Source: Planctomycetota bacterium
GTDB taxonomy: Bacteria > Planctomycetota > PLA2 > JAEUHO01
Length of the DNA stretch: 64,000 nt
Direction of reading: 5' to 3'
Assembly (NCBI GenBank): GCA_965223505.1
Contig: CBDCWP010000004.1
Span: 15,309 to 79,308 of the forward strand
The translations under genes were made by a program, and so were the position numbers. The first letter of the stretch is position 1. Each line of letters begins with the position of its first letter. Below are positions 10,127 to 19,837 of the stretch, piece after piece. Below the pieces are notes generated by a model. The model saw only the letters and a program-made list of their open reading frames with translations. It did no database searches and was not told the DNA's origin.

Positions 10127-10189
10127 CGCCGCCGCGTCGCACCGCACGGGCCCGTCGTTTCGGATGCGTCGAAGGGGTAGTCTGTCCTC

Positions 10190-10762
10190 GTGTCGCACAT
10201 CCTCTTCGGCCTCGGCAATCCCGGATCGCGCTATGCCAAGACCCGGCATAACGCGGGCTGGCAGGTGCTCGATCAGCTGGTCGCGCGGCACGACGCGTCC
10301 TTCAAGAAGACCCGCCTGCTGAACGGCGAGATCGCCGACGCGCAGTTCGCGGGCCGGCGCGTGCGCATGATCAAGCCGCACTCGTACATGAACCTCGTCG
10401 GCGGCGTCTACTTCCGGGCGCTCGACGTGTTCGACGCGGCGCCCGAGCAGGTGCTCGTGCTCGTCGACGACTTTCAGCTCGAGTTCGGCCGGCTGCGCTT
10501 TCGTGCCGAAGGGTCCGCGGGCGGACACAACGGGCTGAAGTCGATCGAGCAGCGTCTCAACGACCGCGAGTACCCCCGCTTGAAGCTCGGGATCGGCCCC
10601 GCGCCCCAGGGCGCGCGCTGGGCGGACTACGTGCTGCGGGGCTACGACGTCGAGCAGCGCAAGGCGTTGCCGGCCATGCTGGATCGGGCTGCCGACGCCG
10701 TCGAGGCGTGGCTCGCGGACGGCCTCGACAGTGCCATGAACCGCTTCAATCCGAGGGTCTGA
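10190..10762 (+). CDS. pth: peptidyl-tRNA hydrolase
   Basis: GLGNPG..Y..TRHNAG, KPHSYMN, GSAGGHNGLKSI. Confidence 0.96.
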   Translation: MSHILFGLGNPGSRYAKTRHNAGWQVLDQLVARHDASFKKTRLLNGEIADAQFAGRRVRMIKPHSYMNLVGGVYFRALDVFDAAPEQVLVLVDDFQLEFGRLRFRAEGSAGGHNGLKSIEQRLNDREYPRLKLGIGPAPQGARWADYVLRGYDVEQRKALPAMLDRAADAVEAWLADGLDSAMNRFNPRV

Positions 10763-11007
10763 GGGCCGCCATCCGGGCCCGGTCGGCCGTCGGCCCCGAT
10801 TCCGGCTCCAGAGGCCCGGAATTGGGCCTCCGGGCCACTGCTGTATCGGGTTGGGGCTCCGCGAGGGCTCTGGTACTTTCGCTCGCTTGTCGCCCGTCCG
10901 GGGGCCCAAAACTCCGGGAGGGGGTCCGGCCGCGTACGCGCCGGACGACGATCACGCGATGGATTCCTTCCGGCGCCGCACGCTGCGTCCCGAGGGCTGG
11001 ACAGCAC

Positions 11008-11607
11008 ATGAAGATCAATCAGTACGAGGCCATGTTCCTCCTCGACAACAACGCCGCCACTGCGGACTTCGACGCGACGGCCGGCCAGGTCGACGCCATC
11101 CTCGAGAAGCACGGTGCGTCGATCGTCCAGAAGGAGAAGTGGGACGAGCGCAAGCTCGCCTACGAGATCAAGGGCCATCGCCGCGCGACCTACTACCTCG
11201 TCTACTTCACGTCGCCCACGAACGCGATCGACAAGATCAACGAAGACGTGGCGCTGAACGAGGTCATCCTGCGCCACCTCACGATCGCGCTGGACGAGCC
11301 GATCGAGGAGCACATCGAGAAGCGCGCCAAGGAGCGTGAGCTGCTCGCCGAAGACAGCCGCAAGAACTCCCTCGGAGGTTGGGGCGATCGTCGCGACCGT
11401 CGCAGCAGCCGCAAGCCCGGTGGCGAGAAGCCGGCCGCGGACAAGCCCGCGGAGGGCAAGACCGACGACGACAAGCCGGCGGAAGGCAAGGCGGACGACA
11501 AGCCCGCCGCGAAGGACGCGGACGCGGCGCCCGAGGCCGAGACGCCCGTCGCCGAGGCCGAAACGAAATCCGAAGACGTGAAGGAAGAAGCCGCGCCCAA
11601 GTCGTAG
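11008..11607 (+). CDS. rpsF: 30S ribosomal protein S6 with long charged tail
   Basis: NQYEAMFLL, WDERKLAYEIKG, LNEVILRHL. Confidence 0.93.
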   Translation: MKINQYEAMFLLDNNAATADFDATAGQVDAILEKHGASIVQKEKWDERKLAYEIKGHRRATYYLVYFTSPTNAIDKINEDVALNEVILRHLTIALDEPIEEHIEKRAKERELLAEDSRKNSLGGWGDRRDRRSSRKPGGEKPAADKPAEGKTDDDKPAEGKADDKPAAKDADAAPEAETPVAEAETKSEDVKEEAAPKS

Positions 11608-11626
11608 GCGGCGGTAGAGAACCAAC

Positions 11627-11884
11627 ATGGCGAGTCAGAACAAGCTCAAGAACCTGAAGAAGCTCCTGAAGAAGCAGGGCGAGCGCGGAAAGTGCCGTTT
11701 CACCCGCGCGAAGGTGGAATACGTCGACTACAAGGACGTACCCACGCTTCAGAAGATGGTCAGCGCACAGGGCAAGATGTACGGCCGCAAGCGCACGGGA
11801 ACCATGGCGCACTTCCAGCGCAAGGTTCGCGTCGCCGTCAAGCGTGCGCGCTACATCGGGCTGCTCCCGTACGTCGGACGCTAG
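11627..11884 (+). CDS. rpsR: 30S ribosomal protein S18
   Basis: VDYKDV, GKMYGRKRTG, QRKVRVAVKRARYIGLLPY. Confidence 0.95.
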   Translation: MASQNKLKNLKKLLKKQGERGKCRFTRAKVEYVDYKDVPTLQKMVSAQGKMYGRKRTGTMAHFQRKVRVAVKRARYIGLLPYVGR

Positions 11885-11922
11885 AGCCGGCTGTTCAGCC
11901 AGGCTGCAAGGAGTCGAGAGAG

Positions 11923-12486
11923 ATGGCATTCGAAGTCCTGCTTCGCAGAAGCATCGAAGGCGTCGGCAAGGTCGGCGAGGTCGTGCGCGTCAAGAACGGG
12001 TACGCCCGCAACTACCTGCTGCCGAAGGGCTACGCCGCGATCGTCTCGGACGACAGCCTGCGGCAGATCGAGAAGGACAAGAAGGTCGAGGCGGTCCGCC
12101 TCGCCGAGCTCGCGAAGTACCACGCCGAGGTCGCCGAGCAGCTCGAGAAGACGCAGCTCACGATCGAGGCGCGTGCCGGTGAAGACGGTCATCTGTACGG
12201 CTCCGTCGGCGTCAAGCACGTGCTCGACGCGTTCGCCGAGATCGACTTCAACTTCGAGGCCCGACAGATCCGGTTCGAGCCGGTTCGCGAGCTGGGCGAG
12301 TACGTCGTGCCGGTGCACCTGAGCCGCGACCTCGCCGTCGACGTGAAGCTCTGGGTGGTGCAGGACGCCGCCGAGGCCGTCGAGCTGGCCGAGGCCGCCG
12401 AGGCCGCCGCCGAGCGCGAGGCCATCGACGCCGAGATGGCCGCCGAAGAGCGCGCCGAGGAAGAGGCCGAAGCCGTCGGCGAGTAG
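11923..12486 (+). CDS. rplI: 50S ribosomal protein L9
   Basis: GKVGEVVRVKNGYARNYLLPKG, GHLYGSV. Confidence 0.95.
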   Translation: MAFEVLLRRSIEGVGKVGEVVRVKNGYARNYLLPKGYAAIVSDDSLRQIEKDKKVEAVRLAELAKYHAEVAEQLEKTQLTIEARAGEDGHLYGSVGVKHVLDAFAEIDFNFEARQIRFEPVRELGEYVVPVHLSRDLAVDVKLWVVQDAAEAVELAEAAEAAAEREAIDAEMAAEERAEEEAEAVGE

Positions 12487-12732
12487 CGTTCTCGGGCTTC
12501 CGAGCGCGAATCGGCGCGGCTTGCGCCCATGCGGGTCGTTCGACCCAGATCAAATTCGTTGTCGCACCCCCGGTGCATACTTGACTGGGGCTCCGCCCTA
12601 CGGCATAAGTCATTATCTGACAAGGGGTTATGTTAACTCCTTGTGGATTGAGCGGTGAAAAGCCCGTTCAAAACCATGGGAACCGCCCTTCTCACTGCGG
12701 TGCGCGGGCGGGCGTCCTGGAATCAGCGTCCA

Positions 12733-14121
12733 ATGATCGATCGTTCGCCCACGCCCGCTACGCCGTCGCGGGAGACGATCGAGCGCGTTCCGCCCCACAG
12801 CCTCAAGGCCGAGATGGCCGTGCTGGGCTCCGTCCTGCTCGCCCACGACGACGACATCATGGGCAACCTGATTCCGATTCTGCAACCCGAGGACTTCTAT
12901 CACGGCGCGCATCGGAAGCTGTTCGAGATCATCCTCTCGCTCTACGACCGGGGAAGTCCGCTCGACGTGGTGCTCGTCATGCGCGAGTGCGAGCGAACCG
13001 GCGCGCTCGAGAGCGTGGGGGGGCTGGACTACCTGACGAAGCTGCCGGAGGCGGTGTCGAGTCCCGCCAACGCGGAGCACTACGCATCGATCGTGCGCGA
13101 GCGCGGTATCGCGCGCGCGTTGATCGGCGTGACCACCGAGGTGCAACAGCTGGCGTACTCGGGCGAGGAGATCGGCGACGAGCTGCTCGACGTGGCCGAG
13201 TCGAGGGTGTTCGAGATCGGCAACCGGCGCGGCGTGGCCGAGGTACAGGGCGTCGCGGGCATCCTGCACGAGGCGATGGAGGAGCTCGACAACGCCGACG
13301 GTCACGTCGCGGGGATCGAGACGGGCTTCTACGAGCTCGACGAGATGACGACCGGCTTCCGCCCCGGCGAGCTGATCATCATCGCGGGCCGTCCTTCGAT
13401 GGGAAAGACGTCGTTCGCGTTGAACGTCGCGCTGAACGCGGCGTTGATCGGCGGCAAGTCCGTCGGAATCTTCAGCCTCGAGATGACCTCGAAGAACATC
13501 GTGCGCAACATGCTGTGCTCGCTCGCGCGCTTCCCGGGCCAGGACATGCGCAAGGCCGGCCGCGGGCAGTTCATTAGCAAGGAGCGCATGGCGGGCCTGC
13601 GCGAAGCCGCCAGCCCGCTCTTCGAAGCGCCGCTGCACATCGACGACAGCTCGACGCTCACGCCGACGCTGCTGCGCGCGAAGGCGCGCCGTCTGAAGGC
13701 CAAGCACGGACTCGACCTCATCCTGATCGACTACCTGCAGCTCATGGACGCGGGCGGCGCGGTGCGCGGCAGCGACAGCCGCCAGCAGGAGATCTCGTAC
13801 ATCAGCCGTTCGCTCAAGGGGCTCGCACGCGAGCTGCAGGTGCCCGTGATCGCGCTGTCGCAGCTCAACCGCGCGGCGGAGATGCGCCAGGGCAACGAGC
13901 CCAAGCTCTCCGATCTGCGCGAGTCGGGCGCCATCGAGCAGGATGCCGACGTGATCTGCCTGCTCTACCGGAAGTTCTACTACACGCGCAGTCCGGAGGA
14001 CGACGGCCTGGCCGAGGTGATCCTCGCCAAGCAGCGCAACGGCCCGACGGGCAGGGTGAAGTTGTCGTTCTTCGCCGAGTACATGCGCTTCGACAACAAC
14101 ACGAGCGTCGTTACCTTCTAG
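12733..14121 (+). CDS. dnaB: replicative DNA helicase
   Basis: PPHSLKAE, AGRPSMGKTSF, FSLEM, IDYLQLM, LSQLNR, LSDLRESGAIEQDAD, KQRNGPTG. Start codon uncertain. Confidence 0.96.
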   Translation: MIDRSPTPATPSRETIERVPPHSLKAEMAVLGSVLLAHDDDIMGNLIPILQPEDFYHGAHRKLFEIILSLYDRGSPLDVVLVMRECERTGALESVGGLDYLTKLPEAVSSPANAEHYASIVRERGIARALIGVTTEVQQLAYSGEEIGDELLDVAESRVFEIGNRRGVAEVQGVAGILHEAMEELDNADGHVAGIETGFYELDEMTTGFRPGELIIIAGRPSMGKTSFALNVALNAALIGGKSVGIFSLEMTSKNIVRNMLCSLARFPGQDMRKAGRGQFISKERMAGLREAASPLFEAPLHIDDSSTLTPTLLRAKARRLKAKHGLDLILIDYLQLMDAGGAVRGSDSRQQEISYISRSLKGLARELQVPVIALSQLNRAAEMRQGNEPKLSDLRESGAIEQDADVICLLYRKFYYTRSPEDDGLAEVILAKQRNGPTGRVKLSFFAEYMRFDNNTSVVTF

Positions 14122-14335
14122 ATCGGGCGTTCAAGCCGGCGCGGCGCGTGACAAGACGGTGACAGTCCGAAACCGCCGTTTTCATTCGCGCGCCAACGGC
14201 ACGTTCGTTCCTTCGTAGAGCGGGCAGAGGGCAGGACTACAATCGCGCCCGCTTGGGCGGGGGGCAGGCGCGTCGGGGCAGGTCTCGATTCGACGCTGCC
14301 CCTGCAAACGGCCGTAAGGGCAGGGAGAACGCAGC

Positions 14336-17041
14336 GTGCAGCCGAGGCATCGCTCAACCGGGCGCGGATCGCCCGGCCTGCTGCGCGCCGTCTGTCTCGC
14401 ACTGACGCTCCTGCCCGCGGTGGTTCTCGCGCCGGACCGCACCGCCGGCGCGGACAACCCGCCGCCGCCGCCGCCCCCGGCATGGAATCCCGACTGGGAT
14501 CGCGACCCGAGCCTGCGCCGCAAGGCGCCGCAGCCGCGCCCGCGCGGTCCCGCGCCGCGCGTTCGACCGCGCGCCCAGCCGCCGCGCTCCGGCGCCGTCG
14601 TTCGACCGCCGGCGCCCGCCCCGCAGCCGGGTGTACCGCGCCCGCGCCCCGACGAGCCGCCGCCGGATCGCGGCGACACCGGGATCGACCGCATCCAGGG
14701 GACCGACGTCATTCGGCGCATCGAGTTCAAGGGCAACGTCCTCTACAGCGCCGAGAGCATCAAGGTCAAGCTGCTGAACAAAGAGGGGCGGCGCCTCGAC
14801 AAGGCCGCGCTCGTGCGCGACATGGAGACGCTGCACAGCTTCTTCAAGTGGGTGCGCATCACGCAGGAGAACGTCGCCGGCGGCATCGTGCTGCGCTTCA
14901 CCGTCTCCGAGTATCCGCTCGTCGTGCAACTCGTCATCCGCGGCGCCGAGGAGATGGACGAGTCCGAGATTCGCGGCATGATGCAGACGCGCGAGCGTTT
15001 TCCGCTCTCGCCCTATCACCTCGCCGCCGACGTCGAGAACATCGTCGAAGCCTATCGACTGCGCGGTTTCCATTTCGCGCACATTCCGGAGCCGCAGATC
15101 ACGCGGCTCGCGAACGGCGGCCGCCGCATCGATCTCTCGATCGTCGAAGGTCCGGAGGTCAGTGTCGAGCGCATCATCTTCCGCGGCAACCAGCACATTC
15201 CGCGCAAGGACCTGCTCGAGGTGATGCAGACCGAGGGCCGCAGCTTCTTCGAGAACATCCTCAACTCCGGCGGCACGTTCCGCGAGGACGTGCTGCGTGA
15301 GGACCTCGTCGCCCTGAAGCGCCTCTACCGCGACGAGGGATTCCTGGACGCCGAGGTCTTCCTCGACGACCTGCGGTTCTCCGACGACAAGGAACGCGCG
15401 ACCATCGTGATCGCGATCGTCGAGCACCGCGCGTACGAGGTCGGCGACGTCGAGATCATCATCGAGCGCGTCGAGGCCGGGGAGTCGGGAAGTCCGCCGC
15501 CCGAAGACGTCGCCTTCTTCACCGAGGAGCGCATCAGGAACATCATCGGCTGTCGGACCGGTGCACGCTTCTCGGGCAAGAAGCTCACGGAAGGACTGGA
15601 AGCCGTTCGCGACGCCTACTTCGCGCGGTCGTATCTCGAGGCGGTCGTGCGAACGCCCGTGCAGCGCGGCCGGCAGAACGAGCTCGTCGTCGACCTCGAG
15701 ATCACGATCGTGGAAGGTCGCAAGCAGCGCCTGGCGCGTGTCGACTTCTACGGCAACGAGTTCACGCGCGACAAGATCCTCCGTCGTGAGGTCAAGCTGT
15801 CCCCGGGCGGCTACATCGATCGCGGCGAGCTGCAACGCGCTCGGGAGCGCCTGCAACGCACGCGCTTCTTCGACCGCGTCTCGATGCGCATGGAAGACGC
15901 CGTCGGTCCGGACGGGGAGCCGATGGACGGCTGGAAGTCGGTCGCCTACGAGGTGATCGAGGCCAAGACCGGCAACTTCAACTTCGGGATCGGTATCAGC
16001 ACGAACAGCGGCGCGTTCGGCAGCATCACGTTCAACAAGCGCAACTTCGACATCGCCCGGCCCCCCCGGTCGCTCGATGAGGTCTTCTCGCGGCGCGCCT
16101 TCACCGGCGCGGGGCAGAATTTCAACGTCCTTCTGCGCCCGAGCACCGAGCAGAGCCAGTTCCGCGTCGGCTTCGCGGAGCCGCGGCTCTTCGGCACCAT
16201 GCTCTCGTTCAACGCGGAGATCTTCAGCCTCCTCGCGGTGCGCGAGAGCTACGACGAGGCGGTGTACGGCTACCGCGTCGGTTTCGGCTACCCGCTCTAC
16301 CTCGCGCCGGACGAGACCTCCGCGCTCACCGCCGGCATCTCCTGGCGTCACCAGCGCTCCGACATCAACGACATCGAGCCGGACGCGGTGCCCGGCGCGT
16401 TCCTGTTCGCATCGCAGCAGGAGACCCGCGCGGTGCGCTTCGACCTGAGCTACGGCAAGCAGGAGAAGCGCGTCGACCCGATCTGGTCCTGGACCCTCGC
16501 CACACAGGCGGAGCTCGCCGGCACCGTGTTCGGGGGCGACCTCGACTTCGTCAAGGTCATTGCGCAGCTCAACGCCATCTACACGGTGTTCGAAGACGAC
16601 GAGGGCAAGAAGCACCGCGTCTCTTTCAAGTCGCTGGCGCGTTGGGCGGAGGCCCTCGAGGACACGCCGGAGCTGCCGCCCAACGAGCGCTTCTACGCCG
16701 GCGGCACCACCTTCCGCGGCTTCGAGTTCCGCGGCGTCGGTCCTCACGCCAACGGGCAACCGATGGGCGGCGAGTGGGCGCTCGTGAACCAGCTCGAGTA
16801 CGAGTATCCGCTCATCGCGAGGACGCTCAGCGTCGTCGCCTTCACCGACTTCGGCACGCTCGGCACGAACATCTACGAGGACGACGCGTTTCGGTGGCGC
16901 TGGACCGCCGGCCTCGGCCTGCGAATCGTGATTCCGTTCTTGGGCGAGCGCCCGCTGGCCTTCGACTTCGCCCTGCCGATCTTCAAGGAGAGCGAGGACG
17001 AGCGCGGGCTCGTCTCGTTCAGCGTCGGCCGCGATTTCTAG
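14336..17041 (+). CDS. bamA: outer membrane protein assembly factor BamA
   Basis: POTRA repeats (IEFKGN, IIFRGN, FYGNEFTRDKILRRE), RFYAGGTTFRGF, C-terminal FSVGRDF. Pro/Arg-rich N-terminal extension; start uncertain. Confidence 0.9.
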   Translation: MQPRHRSTGRGSPGLLRAVCLALTLLPAVVLAPDRTAGADNPPPPPPPAWNPDWDRDPSLRRKAPQPRPRGPAPRVRPRAQPPRSGAVVRPPAPAPQPGVPRPRPDEPPPDRGDTGIDRIQGTDVIRRIEFKGNVLYSAESIKVKLLNKEGRRLDKAALVRDMETLHSFFKWVRITQENVAGGIVLRFTVSEYPLVVQLVIRGAEEMDESEIRGMMQTRERFPLSPYHLAADVENIVEAYRLRGFHFAHIPEPQITRLANGGRRIDLSIVEGPEVSVERIIFRGNQHIPRKDLLEVMQTEGRSFFENILNSGGTFREDVLREDLVALKRLYRDEGFLDAEVFLDDLRFSDDKERATIVIAIVEHRAYEVGDVEIIIERVEAGESGSPPPEDVAFFTEERIRNIIGCRTGARFSGKKLTEGLEAVRDAYFARSYLEAVVRTPVQRGRQNELVVDLEITIVEGRKQRLARVDFYGNEFTRDKILRREVKLSPGGYIDRGELQRARERLQRTRFFDRVSMRMEDAVGPDGEPMDGWKSVAYEVIEAKTGNFNFGIGISTNSGAFGSITFNKRNFDIARPPRSLDEVFSRRAFTGAGQNFNVLLRPSTEQSQFRVGFAEPRLFGTMLSFNAEIFSLLAVRESYDEAVYGYRVGFGYPLYLAPDETSALTAGISWRHQRSDINDIEPDAVPGAFLFASQQETRAVRFDLSYGKQEKRVDPIWSWTLATQAELAGTVFGGDLDFVKVIAQLNAIYTVFEDDEGKKHRVSFKSLARWAEALEDTPELPPNERFYAGGTTFRGFEFRGVGPHANGQPMGGEWALVNQLEYEYPLIARTLSVVAFTDFGTLGTNIYEDDAFRWRWTAGLGLRIVIPFLGERPLAFDFALPIFKESEDERGLVSFSVGRDF

Positions 17042-17130
17042 CCGCTTGTGAGCCGTCCGGGATTCCCGTGAAGCCCACCGGGTCACAGGCGACAATGTTC
17101 CGAACCACCATCTTCCTGGGAGGAAACCCG

Positions 17131-17697
17131 ATGCACCGCGTCGTGCTGGTTCTCATCTTGAGCGCACTCTTGTTCTCCGGCCGGTCCCTCGACGTCGCCG
17201 AAGCCGCGCCCGTTTCCAATGCCGCGGTCGTCGACATGCTCACGCTGATCGAGGCGCACCCGGAGACCGCGTTGATCCGTCAGAAGTTCGACAACGCGAA
17301 GAAGAAGGCGCAGGAGAACTTCGATCGCTCGAAGGCCGACATCGACAAGGCGCAAAAGGAGCTGGTCGCCATGGGAAAGAAGGACCCCCGGCGCAGGGCC
17401 AAGGAGAACCAGATCCTGATGCAGGTGGTGCAGGCCGAGCACAAGGCCAAGCGCGCCGTTCAGATCGCCCACCAGGACTACATGGACGATCTCGAGTCGG
17501 TGTTCAAGGCCGTCCGGTCCGTCGTGGCCGACTACGCGCGGCGCAACGGCATTCAGCTCGTCCTCCAGAAGACGGAGGACGACCTGAGCCCGAAGGACGA
17601 GCAGGACTACATCTGGAAGGTTGCACTCCGCTCGGTGGTGTACTACGAGCCCGAGCTCGACATCACCGAGGCGGTGGAGGCGGAGCTCAAGAAGTAG
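17131..17697 (+). CDS. skp: OmpH/Skp periplasmic chaperone
   Basis: Signal peptide, AVVDM, helical coiled coil, DITEAV C-terminus. Lies directly after bamA; RBS GGAGG. Confidence 0.8.
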   Translation: MHRVVLVLILSALLFSGRSLDVAEAAPVSNAAVVDMLTLIEAHPETALIRQKFDNAKKKAQENFDRSKADIDKAQKELVAMGKKDPRRRAKENQILMQVVQAEHKAKRAVQIAHQDYMDDLESVFKAVRSVVADYARRNGIQLVLQKTEDDLSPKDEQDYIWKVALRSVVYYEPELDITEAVEAELKK

Positions 17698-17702
17698 GCA
17701 CG

Positions 17703-19025
17703 ATGTCGCGGAAGCAGCGCACCGTCAAACGCGAGGGTGAGATCGGAGGGATCGGACTCCACTCCGGCCGCGAGGCGGTGCTGCACATCGAGCCCGCGGA
17801 GCCCGACACCGGCGTCACCTTCGTGCGCACCGACCTCGAGGGCGCGCCGCGCATCGCAGCACAGGCGGAGAACCTGCGCGACGAGCGGCGCCGGACCGCG
17901 CTTGTGGGAGAGCGCGGCGCCGACGTCCACACGGTCGAGCACTTCCTCGCGTGCTGCACCGCGCTCGGCGTCGACAACCTGGTCGTCAAGATCAGCGGCC
18001 CGGAGTGCCCGGGGCTCGACGGATCGGCCAGGGAGTTCCTCGCCGTGCTCGAGGACCTCGAGCCGGAGGAACAGGATGCCGAGCGTCCGACGGTGCAGGT
18101 CCCGCATCCAGTCGCGGTCGAGGCCGGCAACGGCGCGTCGCTGGTCGCGTTTCCGGCGAGCGACGGCCTGACCGTCTCGTACACGCTCGACTACGGCCAC
18201 AGCTATCTCGACACGCAGCACTTCTCGGTGCGCGTCGATGCCGACACGTTCAAGAACGAGGTCGCCGGTGCCCGCACGTTCTGTCTCGAGTCCGAGGCCG
18301 AGGCGCTGCGCGCGGCCAATCTCGGTCTGGGGGCGTCGTATGAGAACACCCTCGTCGTCGGCGAAGAGGGCGTGATCGACAACACGCTGCGCTGGCCGGA
18401 CGAGTTCGCCCGCCACAAGACCCTCGACCTGCTCGGCGACCTGTTCCTGCTCGGCGCCGACCTGAACGCGCACGTGGTGGCCTACCGCAGCGGACACGCC
18501 GCCAACCTCGACCTCGTCAAGGCGCTGCGATCGGAAGCACGGCGCGCGGAGGAGGCCGCGAAGGCGCCGGCGAAGCCGTCGCAGACCGCGCTCAATCCCG
18601 TGCAGATCCGCCGCATCCTGCCGCACCGCTACCCGTTCCTGCTCGTGGACCGCGTCATCGAGGTCGACGGCTTCCAGCGCGCGGTGGGGGTGAAGAACGT
18701 CAGCGTCAACGAGCCGTTCTTCCAGGGCCACTACCCGTCCGAGCCGATCATGCCGGGCGTGCTCATTCTCGAGGCGATGGCCCAGCTCGCCGGCATCCTC
18801 CTGCTGCGCAAGCTCGAGCTGACGGGGCGCGTCCCCGTGCTTCTGTCCATCGACCGGGTTAAGTTTCGGCGCGCAGTGGTACCGGGAGACCAGATTCGGT
18901 TGGAAGCCCAGACGCTCAGAGTGTCCAGCGGCCGCGGCCGCGTGAAGTGCCGTTCGACGGTGGACGGCCGCCTCGTCTCCGAGGCACGGCTCAACTTCGC
19001 CATGGCGGAGCCGCCCAGCGCATGA
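17703..19025 (+). CDS. lpxC: LpxC-FabZ fusion
   Basis: LpxC motifs QRTV..GIGLHSG, TVEHFLA, ARTF, RHKTLDLLGDL. FabZ motifs LPHRYPFLLVDRV, FFQGHYP..PIMPGVLILEAMAQ. Confidence 0.93.
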   Translation: MSRKQRTVKREGEIGGIGLHSGREAVLHIEPAEPDTGVTFVRTDLEGAPRIAAQAENLRDERRRTALVGERGADVHTVEHFLACCTALGVDNLVVKISGPECPGLDGSAREFLAVLEDLEPEEQDAERPTVQVPHPVAVEAGNGASLVAFPASDGLTVSYTLDYGHSYLDTQHFSVRVDADTFKNEVAGARTFCLESEAEALRAANLGLGASYENTLVVGEEGVIDNTLRWPDEFARHKTLDLLGDLFLLGADLNAHVVAYRSGHAANLDLVKALRSEARRAEEAAKAPAKPSQTALNPVQIRRILPHRYPFLLVDRVIEVDGFQRAVGVKNVSVNEPFFQGHYPSEPIMPGVLILEAMAQLAGILLLRKLELTGRVPVLLSIDRVKFRRAVVPGDQIRLEAQTLRVSSGRGRVKCRSTVDGRLVSEARLNFAMAEPPSA

Positions 19026-19837
19026 CGACGCTCGCCCATCCCACGGCCGTCATCGACGACGCTGCCGAGCTCGCCGAAGACGTGGTCGTCGGCGCCCGCT
19101 GCGTGATCCAGGGGCCGGTCAAGATCGGCGCGGGCACGTTCCTGCACCCGCACGTCACCATCATGGGCGACACGACGATGGGGCGGAACAACCACTTGTT
19201 CCCCGGCGCCGTCATCGGCGCGCCGCCGCAGGACCTCAAGTACGGCGGCGAGCGAACGAAGCTCGTGATCGGCGACCGCAACCACTTCCGCGAGCACGTG
19301 ACCGTCCACCCCGGCACGACCCAGGGCGGCGGCGTCACGCGGATCGGGTCGAACAACCTCTTCATGGTGGGCTGCCACGTCGCGCACGACTGCACCATCG
19401 GCAACAACGTCGTGCTCTCGAATCACGTGCTGCTCGCCGGGCACATCATCGTGAAGGACGGCGCCATCATGAACGGCGCGAGCGCCTCGCATCACTTCAC
19501 GACGGTCGGCCGGCTCTCCTATGTCGGCGGGCTCACGCGCATCACGCAGGACGTGCACCCCTTCACCGTCGTCGAAGGGCATCCGGCCCGCATTCGCGCG
19601 GCGAACGTGATCGGCATGCAGCGCGCGGGGTTCGCCCCCGAGGACATCGAGCTCATCAAGCGCACCGTCTACTCGATCTTCATCTCGGACAAGCTGAGCG
19701 CGTCGGACGCGATCCGGCGGGCCGAAGAGAAGCACGGGAACAACCCGCACATCGTCGAGCTGATCGCGTCGATCCGCGCGCAGCAGGCGGGCCGGCAGGG
19801 ACGCGCGGCCGAAGCGCCGCGGGAGGATCGCGCGTGA
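19022..19837 (+). CDS. lpxA: acyl-ACP--UDP-GlcNAc O-acyltransferase
   Basis: Hexapeptide repeats, PQDLKYGG, HVAHDC, LAGHI. Confidence 0.93.
   Translation: MTTLAHPTAVIDDAAELAEDVVVGARCVIQGPVKIGAGTFLHPHVTIMGDTTMGRNNHLFPGAVIGAPPQDLKYGGERTKLVIGDRNHFREHVTVHPGTTQGGGVTRIGSNNLFMVGCHVAHDCTIGNNVVLSNHVLLAGHIIVKDGAIMNGASASHHFTTVGRLSYVGGLTRITQDVHPFTVVEGHPARIRAANVIGMQRAGFAPEDIELIKRTVYSIFISDKLSASDAIRRAEEKHGNNPHIVELIASIRAQQAGRQGRAAEAPREDRA

Noticed and set aside
12580..12680. oriC or DnaA boxes in the AT-richer stretch before dnaB
   Set aside because: Only one DnaA-box-like 9-mer with two mismatches (TGTGGATTG) and no cluster. More likely just a promoter region.
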